Source of the DNA: the human T2T-CHM13v2.0 reference genome, Homo sapiens
Strand: one strand, 5' to 3'
DNA length: 64,000 nt
Assembly (NCBI RefSeq): GCF_009914755.1
Contig: NC_060928.1
In this document: positions 1-15,247 of the stretch, piece after piece
Numbering within the stretch: the first letter of the stretch is position 1
Layout: every line of letters begins with the position of its first letter
Notes under the pieces: generated by a model
Seen by the model: only the letters and a program-made list of their open reading frames with translations
The model's database searches: none
What the model was told of the DNA's origin: nothing
Translations under genes and position numbers: made by a program

Positions 1-1878
<1,878 letters not shown>

Positions 1879-2008
1879 GCATCTTCCTATATTTTTAAAA
1901 GTAGTCTTTCAATTATGTTATGCTCAATTACACCATTTTGTTGTGTCATCTGTTCCCTACAGGGACTCTTACATAAGTAGATTACACACCTACACCTATT
2001 TATATTCA

Positions 2009-2304
2009 TTTTTTTTTTCTCAGACACAGTCTCGCTCTGTCACCCAGGCTGGAGTGCAGTGGCCTGATCTTGGCTCACTAAAACCTCCACCTCCTAGGTT
2101 CAAGCAATTCCCCGGCATCAGCCTCTCGAGTAGCTGAGGCTACAGGTGCCTGCCAGCACATCTGACTAATTTTTGTATTTTAAATAGAGATGAGGTTTCA
2201 CCATGTTGGCCAGGCTGGTCTTGAACTCCTGACCTCAAAGTGATCCACCCACCTTAGCCTCCCAAAATGCTGGGATTACAGGCGTGAGCCACTGTGCCAG
2301 GCCT
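2009..2304 (-). mobile_element. AluS (Sx/Sz-like)
   Basis: PolyT followed by a complete antisense Alu dimer ending ...tgccaggcc. Confidence 0.95.
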
Positions 2305-2956
2305 CTGTCTCTTTCTTTATCTCTGTCTATATCTTTACTACTTTTCTCAGTCTTTTTCATATACAATAGATACCTCTGCAATGTGAATTAGCTCACATGT
2401 GATTAGAAAATACGAAAAACATGTCATATAAGCAGAGTCACTATTTTCCATATGTGCTTTTTCATGGGCAATTGCTGCCAGAATAGCAGAAATTGCATTA
2501 TACTATTCTGTAGAAAATAAAAACAAGCAAGCAAACAAATAAAAAACACCTTGCCTGCTGCACTGGTGGTACAGACTGTTGTGCTTTATTTAAATAAAAT
2601 TACAAACACATTACTGTCTCCAGAAATCCTCCCTCATGGACATTTATATGAAGACACAGAAAGCTTTGGATTCATGGGAAATTATGACGTCAGCCTTGCC
2701 TATGTTAAAGATGACCCCACTGTTTTATGGGTCAGCCCTACCAATCTTGCCTTAGAATCTACCCTGCTTGAGTTAAAGGATGGTAAGAATATTCACTCTA
2801 CTGTTTTATTTTCAATACCTACAGCGGCAGTTTCCGCGCTTTCTTGAGTAGTCCAATTATCTTCTCAAATACTATTGCTATTTTTTTTATTTTTTTTAAG
2901 GTAAGTATAAGCATTTTTGCATCACTTTTGTTATAACATTGCATAGTATTTGGGTT

Positions 2957-3049
2957 GTGTGTGTGTGTATGTGTATATGTATATATAAATACACGTGTGT
3001 GTGTTTGTGTGTGTGTGTGTGTGTGTGAGTGTGTGTGTGTGAGTGAGTG
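2957..3049. repeat. (TG)n/(TA)n compound microsatellite
   Basis: Visible gtgtgt runs interrupted by atat. Confidence 0.95.
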
Positions 3050-5369
3050 ATTTCTCTTAAACCCTGAAATTTAATGTATGAGTATTTGGAATTCAAGGCT
3101 GTTTAGGAATACATGTAACATATGGTATCAGAATGACCACTGTATCTATTTATGTCTGTACACATATATGTGTATGATTGCCTATCTGTTCATCTATCTG
3201 CCATCTATCTTTAATAACTTTTTCACTTTCTGTCTTTTGTAGGAAGGTCAAACCCAATTTATAAAATATGTACTGCCACAATTTTGTAGTTTGTTTTTTA
3301 TAATATTGAGTTCTCAATCTACTTATAATTCATTATTTCTAAAGAGTGTGAGGTGTAAATTGAGACTTTATTATTCTCCACATAGAATGACAATTGTCTC
3401 CAAGCAATTAATAAAAAAATCTTCATTTTCTACTGAGCTAAATGCCATCCTTATAGAAAAATATTTTATAGGATAGGATAGTATATTTTTAAATTGACAT
3501 AGGATCAGTTTCTAGATCCTGTAAACTTTTATATAGATCTAAATTGTTTCCATTTTTATGCTAGTACCATTCTGGCTAAATACTAAGCTTTGGTAAGTGA
3601 AAATATAATTCTCTAAAACATAGTGTCTGCTCTTCAAATAGTCTCTTTCAAATGAACCTGAGGATCTTCTACCAAGTTACATAAAATATAATGTCATTTG
3701 AAAGAATTTCATTCCATTTATAGGTTTATTTCAGTAGATTTAATTCTTTAAATGATAAGAATATAAACACAAACATGTATATACATATACAAATATGTAA
3801 GTCTAATAAAATTTCATAGGCCATACTTTAACCAGTTGTTGAACATTTGATTAATTTTATTCTTTGTAAATGTTTTGATTTTAAATTGTTATTGTAAACC
3901 AGTAGTATAAATTATATTTGTTAATTAGATATTGCTGTTTTATAAGATAGGAGTTCATATTATGCCTTGACCTTATATTAGGTCATCTGTATCAATTAGG
4001 ACTTTATATAGTTGCAAATAAAAAAAATTACTATAGTGGCATCCACAAGTGTCATGCCAAAAAATTAGCAACACACCAGGACTACTGAAGTACTATTTAT
4101 GAGATAGATTCATGTCATTATGATTTGCTAAAGAAATATATGCAACTCCTCTGTGAAGCATCACATTCTGAGCACCACATAACAGCCTAGAAGGGGCAGG
4201 CATATTTGGGAGAGAGGGTGGGATACTCGACTGATGATAATCTTTAAGTTATATTATTTTGGTACTTCTGACAACTCCCATGATATAACCATGAGCCAAA
4301 ATACAACAGCATTACCATGGTAGCATAATCTTGGCTGTCTTCTTACTGTTGGCCTCATGTTATATGTCCATTCTTATCCAAATAGCTACTAATGGCCTCA
4401 TTATATGTGTCCATTCCTACCAAAATAGCTGTACGAACTAATTGTGTAGACACCAGAGTCAGTAAAAAGAGAGGCTTTTTTTTTAAATTTTTTTTAATTT
4501 GGTTAATCTATGTGTCCTTAGCAGTGCATGTCCTTTTATGGATTCTGATATAAGATACAAAGATATGCATAGTTTAGTACCCAGTCCATTCCTATTTCTA
4601 AAGTTCTTTGTCTCCCCACTTCTTACTTACCTCCTACAGACCTTCTACGAACTACCTAAGGTATTTGCTATTGTTCAGAAATGCATGTATGTACTATATC
4701 TCCCTTCTGTATGTACTAAGACCAGATTCTGTTGTACGATAGATTACTATTGTGTCTGCCCCAAATAATGATTTGTGGGGTTCACATGACGCAGATTTTG
4801 AGTGCAGCACTGGTTACATAGTTATATCACAGTCCATGATCTAATGCTTAGTTTCCAATATGGTGCAATGGCATTCAGGAGCCGCTTTTTGAGTGATGAA
4901 TATTTCTTTTCTGCAGAAGGTAAGAACTTATTCTAACACCCGATAGGTATAAGCTTAATTGCTCCTCTGAGTATTCTTCACAGTGTGTTTTCATCCACTA
5001 AAGAAATCTGTAGCACTATTGAATCTACCAGGTCTCATGGCCCAAGAGCAGGGCTATTTATATTACAGCTTAAACCCTCTGAACAGTCATTGGATATAAT
5101 GACCCACACTAAAATTGGTAGCCTTGTGAGTCTCCTGGTAAATAGGGTTAGAAGAACAGACTCAGGTGTGGTATGCACTGTGGTCAAAATCTTAATATGC
5201 CAACCAAAAGTTGCATCACTTTTCTAAAAAATGGTAGGTGCAAGGCACAATAAATTGTTCTCTCTCTTAGAAAGGATATCTTAGTATGAATCAGACCACT
5301 AAACCTCTAAGCATTTCACCAATCTTTCAGGCCTTAGTTTTTTTTATGTTCATCTTCTACAAAGATAAA

Positions 5370-7180
5370 CTGTATATTGAGCCATGAAGGAGACATCAAA
5401 AATTAAGAGAATATAATAATACTATAATGGACCATAATAAAATCAAACTAGAAATAAATAAGAAAAACATAACAGGAAAATCTCCAGACATGAAAAAATT
5501 AAACAACACACTTATAAATAATTCATAGGTCAAAGAGGAAATATCAAAGAAATATATAGAAATAAATGAAAATAAAAATGCAACACATCAAATTACATGA
5601 GGCAGAGATAAAGCAGTACTAAGAGAGAAAGGCATGCTTTCATTAGAAAAGAAGAAATATCTCAGGTCAATAATCTAAAATTCCTACCTCAAGAAACTAG
5701 CAAAGAGCAATTAAAAACAAAGAAAAATAAAGACAAGAGCAGAAATTGAAGAAATAAATCAGAAAAAGAGTAGACAAATCAGTGATACAAAAAGTTCCTT
5801 AAAAACTTAAAATAGACAAATTTCTAGTGAGACTGGCAAAAATCAAAATATAAGACACAAATCACCAATATCAGGAATTAAAAGATGATATCACTGCAGA
5901 TCCTGCAGTCACTAAGAGGATAATAAAGAGATCTACGAACAAATTTATGTCCATAAAATTGACAATTTTGTAAAAATAAATAAATTCATTGAAAACCACA
6001 AACTACCTGTGGTGGGCAGAAAAATACCCCTTCCCCAGTTTATGTGTCTTCTAATACCTGAAGCCTGTCAATATGTTACGTTATATAGTAAAAGGAAATT
6101 AGCAGATCTGATTAAATTAAGACTCTTGAGATAGGGAGTATTACACTGGATTATTTCAGTAGGAACAATGCAATCACAAAGGATTACAAGAAGAAGGTAG
6201 GAGTGTGAAATTCAGAAAATATGTGACAACAGAAGCAGAAGTCATAGAAAGAGAGATTTAAAGATACTATACTGCTGACATTGAAGAAAGTGGAAGAGGC
6301 CATGAACTTAGGAATTTAGGTGACCTCTAAAAGCTGGAAAAGGCAAAGAAAAGGATTCTTCCTTAGAGTTTCCCAAAGGAATGATGCTTTGCTGATGTCT
6401 TGCATTTAGGATTTCTGACATCCAGAACTTTAAATATAACAAATTTGTGGTATTTTGAAGCCACTAATTTTGAGATAATTTGTTACATTAGCAATAGAGA
6501 GCTAATACAGTATCAAAACACAATTTAGATAAAATAGACAATCTAGAAAGAATTATATCACTAAAGAAACTGAGTAAGTAACTTAAAAGCTCTCAAAAAA
6601 TAAATCTCCATGCCCAAATGATTTCACTGGAAAATTCTACTAAATATTTAAAAACATTGCACTTTATCTTCCAGAAAATAGATTTTCAATTTATTTTATG
6701 AGAATAGTAAGTAATATACTAATATCAAAATCAAGCTTAGTACAAGAAAAGAAAGAAAACTGATCAGTATTTCTCAAATTTACAGGCAAAATTTCTCAAC
6801 AAAATATGAGCAAACAGATCCAACCATTTATAAAAAGAGCTATGATCTGTTATGAAGTGGCAAGTATATGAGGTTGATTCAACATTTAAACGTTAGCCAA
6901 TTTAACCCAACATATCGAGTGTAAAAAATAAAAAATGATATGATCACATCAAATGAAGCAGAAAAAATGATAAAATCCAACATCCATTCATGATAAACAC
7001 TCTCAGAAAACTAGAAACAGAACCTTCCTCAACTTGATAAACAGCATCTATGAAAATTCCTACAGATAAAAACACATTTAATAAAGAAAAACTGAATGTT
7101 TCAACCTAAAATCACTAATTAGACAAAAATGTGTATGCTCTTCATTCCAACAATTCAGATTACTGAAAGTTTTAGACACT
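5370..7180 (+). mobile_element. Old L1M ORF2 fragment interrupted by an MLT1 LTR
   Basis: A-rich degenerate ORF2 sequence (aaaatcaaactagaaata; gatatcactgcagatcctgcag; aaaatccaacatccattcatgataa); resumes after 6509. Confidence 0.8.
6008..6509 (+). mobile_element. MaLR solo LTR, MLT1D-like
   Basis: Starts tgtggtgggcagaa and ends gctaataca; typical core aagctggaaaaggcaaag; splits the L1M. Confidence 0.85.
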
Positions 7181-8175
7181 ACTAATTTTTTAAAATGATT
7201 TTTCCAGATTCTTATAATATTTTAAAAATATGTTAATTTTGACTTATCAACCTTTTTCCAGAGGATCATTGCTACTCAAATAAAATGTAACTTTGACATT
7301 TTCCAAGATAAGTGCAATAATTTTATTTTATTAAAAATTTGTCTAGATATAAGGATTTCTGCTAGGAATGAACTGCAGATTTGACATAGAAAAAACGTTT
7401 AACGAAAAGGAAAGAGGACACTAGTGTCTGTCAAAATTGATGATTGTGAAGATTCTTTCAGATTCCCTCACCAAAGAGAATCTCAAAAAGAGCAATGTGA
7501 TAGTTGAACTAGATATTGTTGATTCTGAAAGATGGATTAAATAAAGCCATATTCTTTCAAAATTTGTTAAATAGCAATGTCTTTATGATAGTATGTAAGG
7601 GACTCAAAGCCAAAATTGACTCAGCACCTTCGCATGAATTGTTTGCTAGTCTAGTGGACCTTCAAGTATTAGTCTCAGGGCCAGCTTGAATTACAGATGT
7701 TATGATTGTAGGCCTCTATCTGTTCTCTATAGAACAAAAGCACTCAAGAAAAAAAATTCAAGACAACAAAAATTTAAGGCAAGACTAAAGCACAGGAAGA
7801 CTGTACAAATAGTCATGCAAAATCAAGATATAGATCAACAATGTTTGACTAATCAGGTTAATACAGAAATATTTACCAAACATTACACCAACAAATATAA
7901 AGTTCTAATAACCTCATATAAATACCCAGATCTAATTATTTAACCGTGATGTACCTCCAAAGGAAAGTAAGACCACTTTAACAAAAAGCAATTTTTAAAA
8001 TATGCTAATTAGTAATAGTTTCCAGCATAACAAAATAAACTAAATACCATGAACTCTACGTATCAAACTAGAGTTTAGATTATGTCTGAGATCAAGTTAC
8101 TTGACAGTAAACTGTAAAGACAAAAGGAATTTGAGTACAGAGTGCTGTTAATATGTGTACTTCCTGTTCACCTGA

Positions 8176-8532
<357 letters not shown>

Positions 8533-10124
8533 AGAAAGTTTATTTAATATAATATTGACTGAATAGCCAAAATTTCAAGGAATGAGAACGTCTCTCAATA
8601 CATAAAATTATGAAGATGGATTTACTGCTTACTTCAATACAAGAGAGCTGGTCAGATGTGAATTCATTAAGAAAAATAAACTGATCTTGCATAAGGTTTT
8701 GGGGAAAATTATTTCGGATTGTGTTGGTTATGAATATTACAGTGGTTGAAATCAGTCAAAAACTCATGATTTATGTTGTCTAGAAAAGTATGTTTAATGT
8801 TGGTTTAAAGTAAGAGTAGGTTGACATTCAGTCTAGAAAGTGTGTTCCTTGGAGTGTCTGCACTCTGGCTGGTGTTCAGTGTGAGGCTACTATTAGTTCA
8901 GTGTACTAATTGGCTAGTATGCTTGCGGAAGCAAGTTGTCATTGATCACACCAGTTTATAACCCATCCTGGCGCTTACTTGTTAAAACCATTTTAATATT
9001 CACTGGCTATAAGGCTGTCAGTCTTTTCCTGGAAGTGAGGGAAATTTTTTTTTAATTTTTTAAATCTCAATAGCTATTGTCTTGGAGAATTTGCCTTTGT
9101 CTGGAAGCTAAGCTGCAGTTTATTTTTCCACTGCTACAATTGACATTGCCTCTGTCTAATCACTCTTAATATTTTGGTTATAAACGTTAAGAAACATACT
9201 TAAACCCATCCTATCTATTAATATCTCATTTCGAGAGACAATAGTCTATTAACCACTGACACAAAACCCCATGTCACATGAGACCACCAGGACTCTACAA
9301 ATCCTATTTTCTCCAGTACTGGAGCCAAATTTCATAGCAGTTTCGCCTATAATCAATACTGGTTCACAGAGGACAAGATTTTCAAGAATGCTTTTGCTCT
9401 CCTCATTACTATATTCCCATCATTGTAGTGAAGTGGGTGTGATCTCTGCTCTCCTTAGAAACATAGTCAGCTGGTGTTATTTTTGGTTTTACCACTTAAC
9501 ATGCCAATCTCCCTGAACGTTTAAAATGGTTTGTTCTGTAGCAAGGAACTTCCAGAATCTCCATGTAATTTGTATTTTTTTCCTAAGTTCTGAAGAACTA
9601 TTCTAGTAGCATATTAGAACTGACAGAAGATGACCTTGCCAGGTTATTAAATCCTGATTTTTGAGAGTGTCCTCTAGATTTTTTTTTAAAGAAAGCTCTA
9701 GTGTATGGTCTTCTGTCTTATATTCTGACACCTTACCAGCTCTTTCCGTTCTAAAGCCCCAGGCGCTTCGTGCTGATTCCAGCTGGTGCATACTAGCGGG
9801 GACTTGCAGCTCTTGAGTGAATAACTCCTTCTTCCCATAACATGAACAGCACCTCCTCACTGAGGCCATGATCTGAATGATTTCTACATTACGGAATTCC
9901 TTGAAACTTTCATTAATAGCCTAACCCATAAACATTTAAATTGTTTTCCCGGTATTTTGAAAAATATATGTAATTTGTTTCTTGGGTGCAAATTGTCATT
10001 CTCTCTCACTGAATGAAATTAGTTAATTTTGGTGTACAAATTCCGGAAAGACTTATTTGTTTTAACCTTGATCTATTAGTTTCTGAAAGATTTCTTATAC
10101 TTTATTTTATTACTTTTTCAGACA

Positions 10125-10445
10125 CATTAATGTAGTGGTTAATTTCAAAGCCTCTGTAGTCTGGCTACTCTATATTCTATCTTAAAAATTCTACGAAACT
10201 TACCTCTGTGTTTCTCACTTTCCATATATAAAATGGTAATATTAATAGTGCTGATGTGATACAGTTGTTCTGAGCACTGGAGAACGGAGTTTCTATTAAT
10301 GAAGAGGTTATCTTTATGAAGATAACTGTATTCACATCTGTATCTAGTGCTTATACATACAAATACAGATGTGTATATATAATAAATGTATAATATAATT
10401 CATTAAGGATTAATAAAAGTATATGAGAATAAATGTTGGCTATGT
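10125..10445. mobile_element. MIR remnant
   Basis: tgtagtggttaa...tctgtgtttctcactttccatatataaaatgg...gttgttctgag...aataaatgttggctat resembles the MIR core. Confidence 0.6.
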
Positions 10446-11202
10446 TACTCTAAAATCATGTTCTGTATTTTTAGAGCTAAGTTTCTAGGTTGATAAATGC
10501 TTGTTGACTTGTTTTTTGAATTATACATTTTATTGATATAAATATAATTTTAATCGCTTATAAATATTTTCAAAACATTGAATTTAACATTATCTGATAT
10601 TAATATTGTTCAGAGTTGATTTCTTAGCATCTTTCTTGTGTATGTTTCTCCTTATTAAGAAATTTAATTATTTTAATTTTTTAATGTTAGAAATCTATAT
10701 TTAAAGTCCAGAAAAGTATACATGTTCTGTCTATGCCACATAAAATAAACTTAGATGTCTTAATATATTAAGATTACATATATGTATATCTTAATATAAT
10801 ATTATATTACTATAAGTTATATGACATTACTATAACATAAAAGCAATTGGCAATTTGAATTAAGCAATCAGACAATTCTTTGGCAAATTAATATAACTAG
10901 TAATTTGATGGAGTCATTCATCTATTAGCCAGTCATTTTAAGAAGAAAAGTCAACGGACCTGTGTAGAAAAGATCCAAATATAATCATTTTACTGATTTT
11001 GCTTTATAAAATATAATTTTAACATCATATTATCTGTGAAACAATTCTAATGCTCTATTATTCCCTTTGTAACTTTGATAAGTTACATATTGTGTTTTTC
11101 TTTCACTAATACATTATTATACATTTAAATGAAAATATTTGCCATATTTTCATGTCATTGTGAATTCAATATATCATAAAAATAATTAAAACATTATTTT
11201 AA

Positions 11203-11727
11203 CCTCTTTCCCATTTAGAAAAAAAAAATGCAGCTCACTGCCAGTGCTCATTTAATTTTACATAAGTATGCTCTTTGAGGCTGAAGGAAATCTGTCTGAA
11301 GCAAATCTGTCTGACTTTCAATGTGAAAATAAAATATACAAACTGTTCTTGGAGTTATGTCTAAACAGAACTAACATCAGAATTGTCTGAATCATCAGAA
11401 TCTTCTATTTTGGAAAAATCAAATTAATCAAATTTATCTTCAGCCAACTACTACTGGAGAACAATGTTAACACCACTCATAGGAATGCTATGTTTTTTAG
11501 GATTTAACATTTTCAGCATTTGAGAATTACTATATTTTAATGAAAATACCACTATTAAAAACATAACGCTATAAATAGAATGATGTCTTCTGTTTCCAAA
11601 GGTGATATACTAGACCAATGCAAAAATAAGAATAAAAGCGAGATAGTTCATGGCAAAGTTATCTTGGGGTAAATGCTGCAGCTGCAAGTGCTGCCAGTGA
11701 GCATTCTTAGGGCAAATGGAAAATGAG
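11203..11727 (-). mobile_element. MER75 (piggyBac-type non-autonomous DNA transposon)
   Basis: TTAA at 11199-11202, degenerate TIRs (cctctttccc...ggaaaatgag); interior matches recalled MER75 (ggcaaagttatcttggggtaaatgctgcagc). Confidence 0.85.
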
Positions 11728-11789
11728 ATGAAAGTAAAAAATTTTATTATGTATCTATTTAATACGAATGTAAAATTTTGCTTTACATT

Positions 11790-12250
11790 TGTACATAATC
11801 AAAAAATGACTGAAGCAGATCTCAATTATTTTGCCAAGGTTGCGGACATGCCTGGGAAAGAGAAATACAAGTTACAGTAAAATCTATGGACTGTGATTTT
11901 TCCAAATAGGGTTTTGGGAAATTCAGTACTGAAAGGGAAAAGAGCAGACAGGAGGGGAAGGGAAAAGGTATGTGGGTAGGCAATAAGGCAAATAGTTTCA
12001 TTCTTGTGAGGCTTTGATTAGCATTCAGTGAATCTATATTTTACCTGTGAAAAGGAGTAGAAGGGAAAGCAAATTATGCATTCATCTTGTGCTCAGTAAA
12101 TATACATTTTATACAAGACAAAGTAAGGATGTGAAATTACAGCTATCTGGAAACAAAAGGAAGGCAGTTTGGCCATGATTCAGTTCCCAAATTTAACTTT
12201 CCCTTTGGTATAGTGAGTTTCAGGTCTTGAGATTCTATTTTTCTTTCACA
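11790..12250 (-). mobile_element. MER4-group ERV1 solo LTR (MER83-like)
   Basis: Reverse complement begins tgtgaaagaaaaatagaatctc...gggaactgaatcatgg, a MER4-group LTR start. Confidence 0.75.
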
Positions 12251-15247
12251 CTACAAAATTCAAATATTATTTAAGGCAAGTGTTTTGATTGCATTTAATA
12301 CATAATAGGGACAATAGGACATGGAAGCATTTTACAAAACAAAGGGCTAGATACACCAAATGATGTTACTAAATGATGTGACAACTAATAAAGAGGTAGA
12401 ATTTAAGTCATGTCTGTGTCACTGCAGATTGAATGTTATTTCCATGACATTCTATATTGTGTTTTGCACCTATATGGATTATGTTACTGAAGTGATTATG
12501 AAATAGAGGATGGTCTAATTTGAAATTAACTGTGAAAAAGATAAAACAGCAGACATAATAATAGTTACGGCAATAGCCCTATGTGTTGATTACATTAATA
12601 TACTTCTTAATACTTAACTCTTTGTGTTACCTTATGAAATAAGTTAACCTTTCTTGAATTTTAACTGAATAAATGGGCAAATTCTTACTACACACAATTT
12701 AATTTTTAATGGCCTTTATTTTTTATTTTCAAATACAAAGAAAATTTTAGAAGATAGTACATAGAAATCCTATATAACCCACATTCAGTTTTCCTATTGT
12801 CACACAATATATTACTATGGTGCATTCTTACATGCAATAAACTCATATTGAAGCATTATTATTAATTAAAGTCCATATTTTTCTTCAGATTTCTTTAGCT
12901 TTTACCTAATGTCCTTTTCTATACAAGAATTCCATCCAAAGAAGCAATTACATTTAGTTGTCATGTCTACTTAGGTTTATCTGGGCTGTGACATTTCTCA
13001 AAGGTTTTGTTGGTTTTGTTGCCCTTGGCAATTTTAAGCTTTACTATTTTGGTGTTTTATAGGTTACCTTTATATTGGAATTTTTCTGAAGTTTCTTATG
13101 ATTAGACTGAGGTTATAGGTTTAGGAGAGCAAGACCACTGAGGTAAAAAGCCATTTTCAACACATCATATCAAAAGCACATATTGTTAATATGATTTATG
13201 ACTATTGACATTGGCTTTAATACCTGGGTAAAGTTGTGCTTTTCAGGTTTTTCAAGGTAAAGTTAATTTTAGTTACAAAGCTTGAGTAAAGTTATTTTTT
13301 CTTTCCATGTTGCAGTCTTTGGAAGAAAATCACTATAGCTCACACTTAAAGAGAGCAGTTATATTCCTCCTCATTTATGGAGGAGTGGATATAATTTATT
13401 TAAATTATTAACATGGGACATTTGTTTCTTCCCCCCATTTATTAATTTACTAAATCATTTATTTATATTGGTATGAACTGATGGATGTTTGTTTTGTACT
13501 TTGGGTTATAATATAAATTTCTCTTGCTTCCTTCCTCCCTCCCTTCCTCTCTTCCTTCCCTCACTCCTTCCTTCTTTTCCGTCTTTCTTCTTTCTTTTTT
13601 TCTTTTTCATTTTGCTTAAATTGTTCTCTCTTTGGCCACTGGAAACATTTTCAGTTGACTCCAGTGTTCCTTTGACATCCCCCTACAAATTTTTTTTTAT
13701 CATTTCCTTACTTTCTGGCACTACAACATACTTGAGGTTTATTTTGTATAGTTCCCAGCCCAGCCCTAGTATTAACCTTTTCTCCAAACAGCTCTAAATT
13801 TTTTGTTGGAGAATGGTATTAGAAACAAAGACCTGGGTGCCAGATTTTAATCATTGCTACTGGGATGTTGTTTCTTTCAGACACTCTCATCTGACAAAGG
13901 AAGACAATGTATGTATATACTAACGTGTATATACACATATGTACATTTCTATATGTAAGCATTTATATTGAACTAAGCTGAAACATTACTTTTTACTGAC
14001 CTTGCCAAATTTAGTCAATTACCACATGGTTAATTCTATCCTCTTCTCCTTGGTTATCTGTTTCTCTTCTCCAACAGTGAGAAATATGGCTTCCACAATC
14101 CACTGTTCATTTATTGATTGCTTAATTCCAGTGTGCATGTACAGCTGTCACAGAATTATTAATTCATATCCATGTACCTCTTGGAAAACAACTTTTCCAA
14201 GTAGACTATATTGCTCAGCTCCTTTTGCCTTTAGTCTTACAGACTGTTCTAATTTCCAAAAGTATTTAGGTCAACAATTTTTCCCTCCATTCCCTTCAGT
14301 GAGGTAGCTTCGTAGTTGCAATACAGTTAGATTCTCACATCACAGTGTCTATTTCTTTCTGGGATCCACCAAATTCATATTCATTTATATATATGGAATA
14401 AATTTGTATACATCAAGTTTAACCATTTTTGTTGAAAATTTCAGTGAGTTTTGTAAAGTACATAATGTCATGAATGGGTGTGGGGTTTTGTTAAAGGCTT
14501 TGTCTTCATCAACTGACATGGTTATGTGATTTTTTTCCTTTAGCCTGTTGATGTGGTGAATTATATCACTAAATGTTTGAATGCCACATTTGTCTGAATA
14601 TCTGGAATCAATACTCTTTAGTCATGATGTACAATTTTTAAATTTATTATTAGATTTTATTTGCTAATATTTTGTTGGAAATTTTTGCATCTATGTTTAT
14701 AAAAGATATTAGTTTGTACTTTTCCATTCTTGTAGTATCTTTATTTGGTTTTGGTTTTTGGGCATTTATGTCAATATAGATTGAATTAGGAAATATTTCC
14801 TCTGCTTCTATTTTAGAAAAGAGATTAAACAACATGCATATTATTTCTTCCTTAAATGCTTGATGAAATTCATCAATGAAATCCTTTGGGCCTAGCATTT
14901 TTTTTTTTTGAGAAAAGCTTATTAATTTAATTATTGAGTCAATCTTAAACAGCTATTGGACTTTTCAGATTATTTTACTTGTGTGAGTTTTGGTAGTTAG
15001 TTTCTTTAAAAGAATTGGTTAGTTGTTATCTAAGTTACATAATATAGGCATATAAATGTTCATAGCATTTTTTATTATCTTTTGATGTTTATGAGATCTG
15101 TAGTGATAATGGCTATTCATTTGTAATGTTTATAATTTGTGTTTTCTCATTTTTTCTTGATTAGCTTGGCCACAGATTTGTCAATTTTGATCTTTTCAAA
15201 GAACCAACTCTTAGTTTCGTTATCTTTTTCTATTGCTTTACTGCTTT

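Noticed and set aside
4450-5340. Possible ancient LTR or internal remnant (also 7340-7720 and 8560-8960)
   Set aside because: Could not assign to a family from sequence alone.
9603-9869. 88-aa ATG ORF with a donor-like GGTAAG on the minus strand
   Set aside because: No recognisable homology or partner exons; cannot be supported as a gene.
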